Source: Torpedo marmorata (taxonomy: Eukaryota). Taken from it: DNA of 64,000 bases. The translations under genes and the position numbers were made by a program. The DNA lies in the NCBI GenBank assembly GCA_977017645.1, contig CDRNVU010000074.1, positions 1,984,001 through 2,048,000 of the forward strand, in the 5' to 3' direction. Below, piece after piece: positions 50,777 to 63,500 of the stretch (position 1 is the stretch's first letter; every line of letters begins with the position of its first letter). Under the pieces are notes generated by a model. It saw only the letters and a list, made by a program, of their open reading frames with translations, was not told where the DNA came from and did not search any database.

Positions 50777-50846
50777 CTGGTATTCCGGCAGCAGCCAGAA
50801 ACGGATAGTAAATTGAATATATAAGACCCTTCGCTGGTTCATGCAT
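50777..50846 (-). CDS. GPR139/GPR142-like GPCR, exon 1 (MHEPAKGLIYSIYYPFLAAAGIP)
   Basis: ATG at 50846, 70 nt, ending in a phase-1 donor G|GTATGAG that matches the phase-1 acceptor at 47551. The YYP.LAA.G.P TM1 start is typical of the family. The spliced CDS is 1110 nt, 369 aa. Confidence 0.88.
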
Positions 50847-50974
50847 CGGTTGACTGTCAGAAAACTTGATGGTTGCCTGCTTCGAAATAAAGGCTCCGGA
50901 ACGTCAAGAGAGACGTAAATATATGTCTGCAAGAAATCCCCAACGAGCCAATAAGTGCAGTCACGCTGCTGTCA

Positions 50975-50981
50975 TTTTATA
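50975..50981 (-). promoter_or_regulatory. Candidate TATA box of the - strand GPCR
   Basis: TATAAAA on the minus strand, about 130 nt upstream of the ATG, in non-repetitive sequence. Confidence 0.35.
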
Positions 50982-51789
50982 CTTGATTTAACATCGATTA
51001 TTTTCATAAAATAACGCGTTGATTCGATGGATTGAATAATTGGGGATGTACCTGTGGGCCACGGTAGTTATTGCGACATTTCTACTTGTAAGTCGGGAAC
51101 AGTGATCATAGAACAGGACAGGACAGGCGATATGACAGAGGGCGATATGCTGACTAAAGAAAACCGACTCCACCACAATCTAATTGTACCAACCTCAAAG
51201 CCATAACCCTCTCCTTTCAGGAATAGTTGTTACCCCTAATCAATCGGACACCAGAACAATGAACTCATTTAAAAACTCGTTTAAGGACTTGTATTTGCTC
51301 ATTATTTATGACTGAATATTTTTGTTTCTATTTTTACTCAGTTCGTATATTTTTGTTAAAATTTTTTTCTTTTGAATACATTTCATTCTTGTGGAGAACA
51401 ATTTATATTAATCGATTATTTATAAAATCTCATGGCCCGCAGGTGTATGTATCCTACGGTTTTGTGTGACGTCACGTATGTTCTGTGACAACAAATTTGA
51501 ACTTGAACTTGAAGTTCTCTTACATCCACTGAACTATCTGAGAGTCTTTTGAATGTCCCCACTGTACCTTCCTCCACCACAAATCCTGATAATAGATTCT
51601 ATGTACACACTACTCATTCATTAAGAGAAAACGTAGCTCTGATATCATCCTTAAACATGCCTCAACCCACCTAAAAAAGTATGTCTTCTTGTATTTGCTA
51701 CTGACGAAAAGCCCCCAGGCACAGTGTTAGAAGTGGGCCGTACGGACCTGTTAGATTCAGTCAGATATTGGCTAATTTGATCTAATGTT

Positions 51790-52358
51790 AAATCGAAACA
51801 CAATACCCATTCCGCCAAGTCTTTCTTCACTGAACAAACCGATAATTCCAGAAATAAATCAATGAAGCTTCCTCGCAATATTCAAAGGTTTAACCTTGAT
51901 AAATAAGTTCTACATGCCCGCAGAACTGCAGGGACATCTGCACATCAGATATGGGGACCATTCATTGAATACTATTATGATTGGAAGGATTAATAAAGCT
52001 CATTATCCCGAGAAGTCTTTGTCCGATGCCTGGAGGTCGCTACAGGATCCATATTTCTTCCCTTTTTTCCAATTTTAAGGTAACCTTTTGTAGAGGGAGG
52101 GGTTATTAGCGGTTTTTCTTTTTTTTTTGTTCTTGTTTATTTTTCTTTTTATTTTATTTTGGATTGTTTTTTTCAGAATATTTACACGGAATAAGAGTTT
52201 TAACTCGAATTTAGAACTTGGTTAAGATGACTTATTTATTTTATTATATACTTGTATAAATACCAGATGATTTTTCAAATGTTTTTCTTAACTTGTTATA
52301 TTGTATACATGTTTACTTGTTGAAAGTCAATAAAATATTTTAAGAATAAAAGAAAAAG
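51790..52358 (+). mobile_element. Degraded L1-like 3' end
   Basis: Short ORF2-terminal-like segment, T-rich 3' UTR, AATAAA and an A-rich tail at about 52330-52358. Confidence 0.5.
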
Positions 52359-52589
52359 TAATCGGGATTCGAGGGCGTATTGAGGGCAAGAAGGGCTTCC
52401 TACAGGCTTCGGCGCTGAAGGCTTACGGATCATCAAGGTCATAGATCACTGCTTCAAATTCTGTCTTTCTAGAAAGTCAAATTTCTTCAGAGGTTTTCAG
52501 AGTTTTTCAGAGGTTTTAAGTTTTAAGTTTCCCCAGTCTGGTAAAAATCTGATTCAAAATGTCTATCTGCTTTCATTATATATTTCTGA

Positions 52590-53663
52590 CATCAGGTGAC
52601 GTGAACACCGTAGTTCCATAGAAAAAGAGTGTCAGTTTGGAAACGCAGCGTCCAGGAAGACAAAGCCAATAATGGAAATGAAGTGGATTTTAATTGATCG
52701 CAATGCAATGTGTGGTTTCTCAAAGCATTTTTATATACAACCAGCATTATGCTGTAGCAACTGTTGCAAACTCAAGTGCCATTTCAGTGACACGTGCCTA
52801 GACGCTTTGGAATCATAAACTACTTAAGCCTTTTAAAACAGAGTTAGAGTCATATCTTGTTATGGATGTAAGTGGTTTTGAAGAACGGCAAGTGATTTCG
52901 CAGAAATTAAACTGAAACCGAGGTGATGTCACGTCATATAATGTCATAGACCTATATACTGAAGGCAGCGAGACATTTTAGGGAGAACTGAAGAAAACAT
53001 AACATCCTGGAAAGACAGGATTGGAGCAGTAATCTCTGGAAAGAGACGGAGATGCTGTTCTCTTGTAAACTCCTTATCATAGGATATACACAACATAAGT
53101 GGCTTTTAAATAAGTAATACCATTTGCGACTGCACTGTTAAGAAAAGAGAGGCAGCCTCATTTGTGTCAAGAAGATGGTCACGCCTGCTTAAGGAAGAAA
53201 TCATCGTGAAGATCACAGTTCCGCAACACTAACAAGATAGGGGGAAACGTCTGAAAACACTCGTAAAAAGAATATCTCTCTGGAAAACAACTCATCAAAG
53301 GACGTGTGAGTTTGAAAGAAATCTGATGCTCCACTCTTGCCTTATAATTACTTCTGAACCACAATTTAAAAGGATGCTCAAGTTCAACAAGATGATTGAA
53401 CCTGGACTTTAAAATTGACTTTTTAGACTCAAGCTTAAACAGTAGTGGTTTAGATTCTAACACACACAAAACACACACACACACACCCACACATATGTAC
53501 ATTTGCGCATATTGGGAATTAAGTAAGAGTTAAGTTTAGAGTTAAATAATAAATATTATGTGATTAATAGTTTAATTAAAAAAAATTTGAATTTACCATT
53601 GTCTGGTAAATTTTCCATTGTTGTTCCTTTGATAGTACTAGCAAGGTTTGGTAGTTCGTAACA
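52590..53663 (+). mobile_element. LTR of a second Gypsy family (family B); 5' boundary approximate
   Basis: Reverse-complement homologous to 56757-57929; ends GTTCGTAACA. Confidence 0.75.
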
Positions 53664-54779
53664 GGAGGGTGGAGGAAAATGCAGTTCGATATTGTTTAGT
53701 CCTAACCCGCACCCTAACCAAGGAGGAATATAAGGAGCCGTTCCGCCAAGTATGATATTGCAGGGTGAAGGTGCACATCCAAGCGCTGTCCCCATCTGCT
53801 CCCGGTCGCCCCAACATGGCGGAGGCCACACCGGGAGCAGGGGATTTTGTGAAACAGCCCTGCAGATTCGCTGGTGAAACGTGGCTTTAAATGAACTGCA
53901 AATGCCACTTTGCGCTCCATGACACCCATTGATCATAATTTCAACATTTGCTACAGATCGTTGTTAATGAAATGACTTCTCAAAAAAAAACCCGATTTAC
54001 AATCATGACAAGGGCGCCATTGCAGCAGATGAAATCTGAAATGTAATGCACTCCGAAGTGTTGTTGTGGATATGGACTATCCACGCTAATAGGGGCGGTG
54101 TTATGCGGGGTTAAAAATGATCGCAAATCGAGATAAAACTCATCCAAATAGAGTCAGGGATTATAGAACTCCTCCATAACATTTGGGGACAGATTAACTA
54201 GGCGCTAGAAATATTCAGGGCACAACATGTCCATGTAGGCATTATCTCCCATGTCTGGTTTCGGTTGTCTTCTTAAATATTAGAAATGGGAACTAACAAC
54301 TTCTGATGAGAAGAGTGTAGGCGACAGGTGGAGCTATAGTAATCACATTGACATTGCACCATGGAACCACAGCACATTAAGCGCATCGACCCATCGACAC
54401 AATCTGTGCCACTCGTCAATATGCTTTCCCATGTCAAGCCCCCGATGCTCCAGGGAATTAAGTCCTAACTTATTTAAACTTTCCCCATCACTCAGCTCTT
54501 TAAGTCATGACACGATACTGGTAATTCATCTCTGTACTATTTCAATCTTATTGATATTTCTCCTGTAGGTAGGTGCCACAATCTGAACACATGCTCCACA
54601 TTTGGCCGATCGAATGCCTTATACAATTTCATCATAATTTTCCTACTCGCATATTCAACGCTTCGATTTATGAAGGCCAATGTGACAAAAGCTTCCTTTA
54701 AAACCCTATCTGCCCGTGTCGCCGCTTTCAAAGAATCATGTTGATGTCTTCGCAGATCCTTCTGTTTTACCGAACCGCA

Positions 54780-56450
54780 AGAAGAACATCCAGCTGCAGC
54801 TCCTTGGCGGCCGAGTTAATGAACTGGAGCTGGAGCTGGAGGCACAGGCAGTGTTACACCGGAGTCTCAGGGAGACAATCACCCCCAAACGTCAGGACGC
54901 AGGTAGCACGGTGACCGTTTGGGAAGAGAAGGGGGATAGTCAGACAGTGCAGAACACCCCTGTTGTATTTACCCTCAACAATATGTATACCGTTTTGGAT
55001 ACTGTTTGGGGCGAACTACCAGGGACAACTCCGGATGTTCAAGTCTCTGGCACAGAGCCTAGCCCTTCGGCTCAGAAGTGAAACGAGGAGAAGTGGAGAG
55101 GTATGGTTATTGGGGATTCATTGGCTCGGAGCAGGTTCTGGAAGGAGATTGAGGATCCCGGATTGTATGTTGCCTCCTACCTGCCAGGGTCAGGGACATC
55201 TTTGATCGAGTCTACAGCATTCTCAGGCGGGAGGGTGAGCAGCCTGATGTCGTGGTCCACGAGGGGACGAATGACATAGATCGGAGTAGGGATGCGGTCC
55301 TGGAGGGAATATATGAGGTAGGAAGGAAATTCAAATGCAAACCCTCAAGGGTGGTAATCTCAGGATTGCTGATATTGCGACGCGCCAGGGAGGGGAAGAA
55401 GAGGAAGTTGTGCCAGATGAATGCGTGGCTGAAGTGTTGATGTAGGAGTTCAGATTTGTAGATCATTCGTATTTCTTCTGGGGAAGTTCTGACCTGTACA
55501 ACAATGTAGGGCTGCACCTGAACTGGAAGGGGACCAACACCCTGGCGCGCAGGCTTTCTGAAGCTGTTGGGGAGGGTTTAAACTAGTTTGGCAGGGGATG
55601 GGAACCAGAATGTGAATGCAGAGAAGAGGAGAGTAGGTCCAAAGCATAATACAATGTGTTCTCAGTTTGTGAGTAATGATAGGCAGGGTAGAAAACATAG
55701 TATAGTCCGTTCTAGGGTTTCCAAAGTGTGTCTATTTCAACGCTAGTAGTATTAGGAATAAAGGAGATGAACTTAGCGCTTGTATCATTACGTGGAACTA
55801 CGATGTTGTGGCCGTTACCGAGACTTGGCTGGCGGAAGGGCAGGATTGGCTGATTCAGGTACCAGGGTTTAGGTATTTTATAAAGGAATAGGGTGGGAGG
55901 TAAGAGAACTGGGGGTAGCATTACTAGTAAAGTATAGTATCAAGGCTGTATCTTTTTCATTTCTCTTTTTCTTTCTATTTTATAGATTAGTAGGGGTGGG
56001 AGGGTTGGGGTGAGGGGGGGGGGGTTGGGGGTGGAGAAAATATATCACATGTATTTTGATAATTTTGCATTTTATACAGTGTATTGTGTGATTTAAAATT
56101 TTAAATAAAATATTTTTTAAAAGGCTGTAGAAAGGAAGGACGCTGCCTAGGGAGTGCAGACTGAGAATTAGGAAGGGAGGAATCACTGTATTGGGAGCAG
56201 TCTATAGACTCCCAAATAGCCATCGGGACCACGATGAACAGATAATCAGGCCGATTTTGGAATGGTGCAGAAATTACAGGCTTGTGTTATGGGAGACTTC
56301 AGATTCCCAAATATTGACTGGTAGTTCCTCACTGCAAGAGGGATATATGGGGCTGAAGGTGTCAGGTGTGTTGAAGACTAATTCTTCACACATTGTGTGA
56401 ACCACCCGAAGAGAGGATAGGCCATACAGAATCTAATACTGGGCATAAGA
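54780..56450 (+). mobile_element. CR1 5' region: ORF1 (SGNH/esterase-like) and start of the ORF2 APE endonuclease, degraded
   Basis: VIGDS..., REGEQPDVVVHEGTNDIDRSRD; then KCVYFNASSIRNKGDEL..YDVVAVTETWL and GAVYRLPN. Confidence 0.85.
55951..56120 (+). mobile_element. Short 3'-end-only L1 insertion with 9-bp TSD inside the CR1
   Basis: AAGGCTGTA at 55942-55950 and 56121-56129. The insert is homologous to the L1 tail at 49681-49802. Confidence 0.85.
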
Positions 56451-56756
56451 GCCAAAGGCTCATTTTTTACCTTCATCGCGGCGTCCGATTGTCCCAGCGG
56501 GCGTCGGAGGAGTCCCGGAGTTAATATAAGGCCGTGCCAGACCTATTGATTGCTCTGCGCGTGCGCGAGTGCCGCCGAGCGCATGTGCGGTGGGTAGGTG
56601 GGTGGAGCATGCGTGGTGGAGCATGTGCACGAATCGGGAAAGAAGTATAATAAAACATAGCGACGTAGAGGAGGGTGAGTGAGATCGTCATAGGTTTCGT
56701 TGACCGTTATTAGTCGTCGTTATTAAGAATCGATATTAAGCTACGTTATTAACGAC

Positions 56757-58720
56757 ACGAACTTACAAACCCTGTTAATACTAAAAAAGCAACAGCAATG
56801 GAATATGCACCAGACAATGGTAAATTAAAATATAGTTTTTATTTAAACTATTAATAACATAACATATCTTACTTATCTATAACTATAACTATAACTTAAA
56901 CCCCACTATGCGCAAATATAAATGTGTGTGTGTTAAAGTCCAAACAATTTCAATTCAAACATAAATCTGAAAAAGTCAATTTTTAAAGTTTCCAACTTCT
57001 TTTGTTGAACTTCAGGATCCCTTTTAAATTGAAATTCAGAAGTTATTATAAAGCAAGAATGGAGCATTCCATTTCTTTCAAACTCACACGTCTTTTGATG
57101 AGTGGTCTTTCAGAGATAGTCTTCATGCGATTGTGTTCACAAGTTTCCCCCTAGCTTGTTTGGGTTACGGAACTGTGATCCTCACGATAATTTCTTTCTT
57201 GATCAGGAGTAACATACGGTGATGTCCTCTTTTCTTAGAAACAATTTGAAAGTGGCTTACTTATTTTAAAAGCCACTTATATGGTGTATTTACTATGATA
57301 AGGATAATACACCGAAACAGCAGCTCTATTCACTCAGATATCACTGCTCATAAAATGATTCTGCCTTTCCAGAATATCAAATAACTTCAGACTTTTTCTT
57401 TTTCCTTCCAAAGTGTCAGAGTTTCTTCAGTCTGGTGCAGTCTTGGTCAATCTGTTCCTAAATGACTCTCTGCTTTCAGTATATATTTCTGGCATCATGT
57501 AACATTACATCACCACAGTTTTAGTTTCATTTTCGAAAGAATTACCTCATTCCTTTCTTCAAAATCACTTACATCCACGAAAACATCTGACCTCATCTCT
57601 GTTCCAAGATTATAAGTAATTACGACTCCGAATAGTCTGGCACATGTCACTCAAATAGCACTTGAGTTTGTAGCAGCTGCTATCATAAGGCTTTTTAAAA
57701 TACACATTGTCCTTAAATCACTTAAATGCACTTCCGTTTCATTATTGGCTGTTGTCTTCTTAGACGTGAAGACTCCAAACTGAACGCTTTCTCTGAGTTA
57801 TTGGTTTTTCCTGCAAATATGCTGTGACCTGTGTGTGACCCTGTACCAGCCCACAGCTAACTTTACTAAGATATAAACTTATGTAACTTAACTTTAAATA
57901 TTAATATTAACATTAACACATCCGTGACACTACCGTTCCACAGAGAAAATTTTTAACTTGTAAAAGGTCAACATTTTTAATTACAATCTACCATTTATTT
58001 AATAGATTTCGTACACAACATGATACAAACAAATATTACAGAAATAGCACGTAAATTCAAACTCTGGACAGGCAATCAGCAATAACATTGTCTCTGCCCA
58101 TAATATGAGATATTTCTAAGTCATATTCTTGTAAAAGTAAACTTCAGTTCAATAACCGTCTATTATTAAATTTAATTTTACTCAAAACACCAATGTATTA
58201 TTGACGATATAAAGCACATTTGGTACCATAGCATTGCAAATATCAACCTCATGGTGTTGCAAAGCCCATACAAGAGACAATCATTCCTTTTCAATAGTAG
58301 AATAATTATTTTGGTGTTGATTGATTTTTTATATTCATAAGCCACTGGATGTTCAATACCATCATTTTCACACTTCTGCAATAAAACCTATCCTTTCGCG
58401 CCATCACTGGCATCTACTGCTGAAGAGAATGACTTTCCAAAGTCAGGTGACATAAGCACAGGCATGTGAAACAAAATGGCTTTTAGTTTGTCAAAATCTT
58501 CCTGACTAATTGTTGTCCAAATAAACGTTTCACCCTTTTTCAAAAAATTAGACAGAGGAATGGCAATATCCGCAATTTGTTTACAGAACATTCGGTAGTA
58601 CACAACCATTGCTAAAAATCTCCTCACAGCTTTCTTACCCGTGGGCATAGTAAATTCAATAATTCTCTGAACTTTAGCTTGAACAGGCTCCAGTTTCCTT
58701 TGGCCAACAACATAACCAAG
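56757..58720 (-). mobile_element. Family B Gypsy/Gmr1-related element 3' part: RT thumb and RNase H (~58060-58720) and 3' LTR (57929-56757)
   Basis: Reads YLGYVVGQRKLEPVQAKV..VRRFLAMVVYYRMFC..AVDASD..IEHPVAY..ADCLSRV. The LTR begins TGTCACGG on the minus strand at 57929. Confidence 0.85.
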
Positions 58721-60548
58721 ATATAACCATATAACATATAACCATATAACATTTACAGCACAGAAACAGGCCAGTTCGGCCCTTCGAGTCCATGCCGAAC
58801 ACATTCTCTCACCCAGTCCCATTGACCCGCACCCGGCACATAACCCTCCACACCTTTCTCGTCCATATACCTATAGAACCTTCCCTTAAACATTAAAATT
58901 GAACCTGCATCTACCACATCGGCCGGAAGCTCGTTCCACCCTCCCACCACCTACTGAGTGAATAAATTCCCCCTCATGTTTCCTCTAAACTTTTCCCCCT
59001 TCAATCTCAATCCATGCCCTCTTGTTTGAATCTTCCCCTCTCTCAATGGAAAAAGCCTGTCCACATTGACTCTATCTTTCCCCTTCATAATTTTAAATAC
59101 CTCTATCAAATCACCCCTCAACCTTCTACGCTCCAGGGAATAAAGTCCCAGCCTGTTCAACTTTTCCCTATAACTCATACCCAGAAACCCAGACAACATT
59201 CTTGTAAATCTCCTCTGCACTCTTTCTATTCTGTTTATATCCTTCCTGTAATTCTGCGACCAAACCTGCACACAATATTCCACATTTAGCCTCACCAATG
59301 CCTTATACAACTTCAACATGACATCCCAACTCCTATATTCAATACTCTGATTTATGAAGGCCAACATACCAAATGTCTTCTTCATCCAAGTGTGACTCAA
59401 CATTCAGGGAATTATGTACCAGAATTCCTAAATCCCTCTGTTCTACTGCACTTCTCAATTGTCTTCCATTTAACATGTATGACCTTTGCTGATTAATCCT
59501 ACCAAAATGTAGCACCTCACATTTATTAGTATTAAATTCCATCTGCCATGTTTCCGCCCACTCTTCCAACTGTCCAATATCCCCCTGCAAGCTTTGATAT
59601 CCTTCTTCACTATCTACAACACCAGCAATCTTCGTCTCATCTGCATACTTACTAATCCAATTTACCACCCTATGATCTAGATCATTAATATATATGACAA
59701 ACAATAATGGACCCAGTACCGATCCCTAAGGCACTCCACTAGTCCCCGGCCTCCAATTTGACGAACAATGTTCCACCACTACTCTCTGATATCTCCTATA
59801 CAACCATTGTTCAATCCATTTCACTACTTCATCGTTAATACCTAATGCTTGAACATTCCTAACGAGCCTCTTGTGCGGTACCTTGTCAAATGCCTTACTA
59901 AAGTCCATATAGACAACATCCACAACCTTCCCCTCGTCAACCCTCTTAGTAACCTCATCGAAAAACTCTATGTGATTTGTCAAACATGATGTACCACGAA
60001 CAAAACCGTGTTGACTACTCCAAATCAATGCTTGTGTTTCCAAATAACTGTATATACCATCTCCAAGAACACTCTCCATTAATTTACCCACCACCGATGT
60101 CAGACTCACAGGCCTATAATTTCCAGGTTTACTTTTGGAGCCCTTCTTAAACAGCGGGACAACATGAGCTACCCTCCAATTCTCCGGCACTTCCCCCGTG
60201 GCCAGTGACATTTTAAATATTTCTGTCAGAGCCCACACTATTTGTACACTAACCTCCATCAGGGTCCTCGGGAATTTCCTGTCAGGACCTGTAGATTTAT
60301 CCACCTTTATACTCTTTAACATAGCCAAAACTACCTCCTCATTAATCTTTATATTATCCATGACCTCCCTGCCATGTTGCCTTACTTCACCTGGCTCAAT
60401 ATTCCTTTCCTTTGTAAATACTGAAGAAAAAATTCATTTAAAATCTCCCCCATCACCTCTGACGTCTCGCATAGCCTACCCGTCTGATCCTCAATGGGCC
60501 CAATTTTATCCCTCACTATTCTTTAGCTTTTAATGTACCTGTAGAAAC
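58720..60548 (-). mobile_element. CR1 LINE inserted in the family B RT; itself interrupted by the family A element at 60549
   Basis: ORFs at 59726, 59339 and 58951 carry YMDFSKAFDKVPH and KYADE. The (ACCATATA)-type tail is at about 58722-58750. Confidence 0.92.
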
Positions 60549-63500
60549 TGTGATGGACCATGACTGACCATTTGGACTGCGGACGGTCAGCAGGAAGGAT
60601 GAAGTATTTTGGAGTACACATTCGGACCAGGTACTGAAAGAGTTAACTTGCCCAGGACTTGGTGTACACAGAAAGAGAGAGAGAGAGAGAGCAGAGAGAG
60701 ACAGGCTGTGTAAAAGATACTTTGTTGCACTTTTGCAAAAGCAGGTGCAGACCTCTGCAAAAAGCAGGCAGTTTGGAGTTGCAAAGGCTAGAGAACACAG
60801 CCAAATCCAGGCTTGAGCATCCCAGAGGAAAAGGCTGGAAGGATAGCACATGGCCTCCTGTCTCAGAGAAATCCTGAATTAAAAGCAACGTTTGTGGCGA
60901 ACAGGCGTGAGATCAGGGAGACCAACAGTGAGATCCAAGCACACGCCTCAATCAGTGGTATACTGATTTGGAGTCGCAATCCTCGTGAATCTCTACCAAA
61001 AGGGAAAGTCATCAGAGAGGAAAAAACAAGTCAAGTATTCGTTAGCATAAACAGTCATTGTCTCTCTCCAACGTTCATTGAAAAGTCCTTCTACCAGCAC
61101 AGTGAGCTGAATTTGGAACCTGAACTTAGAGAGTGAATTTTTGTGGACTGTATTATATATTTTTTGACTGACTTGTTTTTATGACTGACCTGGGGTTTTT
61201 GGGGAAAGTTTTTCCATTCTTACATGAGGGTTGGGCACAGACTGTAATGGTCTGGGCTTTACACACACACACCTTTTAGATATGAATATTGTTTATAGAC
61301 GTTTATAGTGGGGTTAATTGTTGTGATATTATATGTTTAATTGTCTTTAATAAATAGAAATTTCAGTTTTACCCCTTTTGCATTGCGTCTTCTGTCGTTG
61401 CTGGTTTGATTTTGTAACACAATTGGGGGCTTGTCCGGGATTTGAATCAAAATCCATCTTGGTAATAGAAGGGATCCCAGTTTGGTTTAAGACATTCCTT
61501 TTGTAAAGCTAATTAAATGCTAGTGTGTGTGTAACGCAAAACCAGCAACAATGGATGTAGGAGAATTTTTGGAATCACCTGAACCTGATACTTTAAAAAA
61601 GGCAAAAAAAAGGAACAGTTAGTGGCTATAGCAACAGGGCTGGGCATTGCTTCAGTAAAATCATCTATGAAAAAGACAGAGATTTGGAGAAAAATTGTTA
61701 AATACTATATAAAAGATAAATATTTGAGGAGAGCGTGTTAGAGCAGTTTCCCAAGGGAAAACCTTCTGAAAACATACAGTTGGAAATAAAGAAATTGGAA
61801 TTGGAGGCAGCCAGGGAACAAAAGAAATTGGAATTGGAACAAAAGAGATTATACTTAGAGAACGATGAGAAACATAGGAGATATGAGCTGGAAAAGATGA
61901 GGTTGGAAAATGAGAGGAGACAAGAAGAGCACCAAGATCAAATTTGCCATCCTGCTGAGGGGTTTTGGCTAGTAGAGAAGTTAGGTTGGTTCCTCCATTT
62001 GAGGAGGCAGAAAAAGATAAGTACTTCCAACATTTTGAGAAGGTGGCTGTGAAATTAAAATGGCCACAAGACCAATGGTCTCTTATGTTACAAAGTGTAA
62101 TTAAAGGAAAAGCTCAGCAAGATTATTCTACTCTTACCACAGTGCAAGCTGCTGATTATGAAACGGTGAAAAAGGCTATACTCCAGGCTTATGAGTTAGT
62201 TCCAGAGGCTTATAGACAGAAGTTTAGAAATTTCAATGATCTGCAACCCATTCTTATACAGAGTTTGCCTACGAAAAGGTTGTGTATTTTGACAGGTGGT
62301 GCACATCTAAGGCAGTAAACAATGATTACAATCAATTGAGAGAATTGATAATAATCGAGGATATAAAGAGATGTGTTCCTGAGGATATTAAGGCATACCG
62401 AGATGAAAAGGAGGTGAAAACTTGGCAAAATTCAGCTAAGTTAACAGTTGAATATGCTTTAACCCACAAGCCTAAGTGGACGTCAGGTAGAATTTTCCAA
62501 AAGGTCACTGTGGATAATCAGAAGCAAGTGGAATGTAAATTTGGAAGTGGTGTTAAGGAAAGGGATTAAGGAAAGTGGAAAAGGGAAAACCATTCGGGTC
62601 TAATTTGCCACTACTGTAGGAAGGCTGGTCATATGATAGCAAGCTGCCCAGTGTTGAAAATTAAGAGAGAAAAGGATGCAACACCTAATGCTTGTATTCA
62701 GAGTGAGAAGAGGCATAATACCCAGGAAGGAGATAAATTTACTGTAAAAGTTAAAGATGTATTTAAACCTTGTGTGACTGATGGTTTTGTTTCAGTTAAA
62801 GCAGGATCAAAACAAGTTCCAGTGAAAATCTTGCGAGATACTGGAGCTGCTCAGTCACTTGTGTTAGATAATGACTTGGAGTTTTGTGAAGCTACTGACA
62901 ATGGTGACATAAATTTAATTAAAGGAATTGGTGGTGATGTTGAGTCCATTTCTTTGCACAAAATAGTGTTGGACTCAGACTTGGTGGAAGGACCTGTTAT
63001 AATAGGAGTGAGATCATAGTTGCCAGTAGAAGGAGTCTCACTGTTGCAAGGCAATGACTTGGCCAAGGGTAAAGTAGTTCCTTCAGTGCGAATGACCACT
63101 AAGCCAGTCATTGATAAGTCAGAGAAAGACTCTGATATTTATCCGGCATGTGCCATTACCAGGGTCATGTCTAAGAAAAATGTCAAGGTAGAGAAGGCAG
63201 TGGAAAATGACTTGGTGAAAGAAAAAGACAGTGATAATCAAGAAAACCTGTAAAATGTTGATCAATCTCCTGTGTTACACCCATCCAATGATAATACACC
63301 TAAAGGCACAGATTTGTCACTATCCCGACAGGAGCTGATAGCAAGGCAAAAGGACGATTCTGATCTTACTGAGGTGAGGGATAAGGTTCTCTCTGAAGAG
63401 GAGATTAAAAAGGTGCCATTGGGTTATTATGAAAACGATGGGGTGTTGATTAGAAAGTGTACACCATGTGATGTCCCTGCCAATGAAGAATGGGCAGTAG

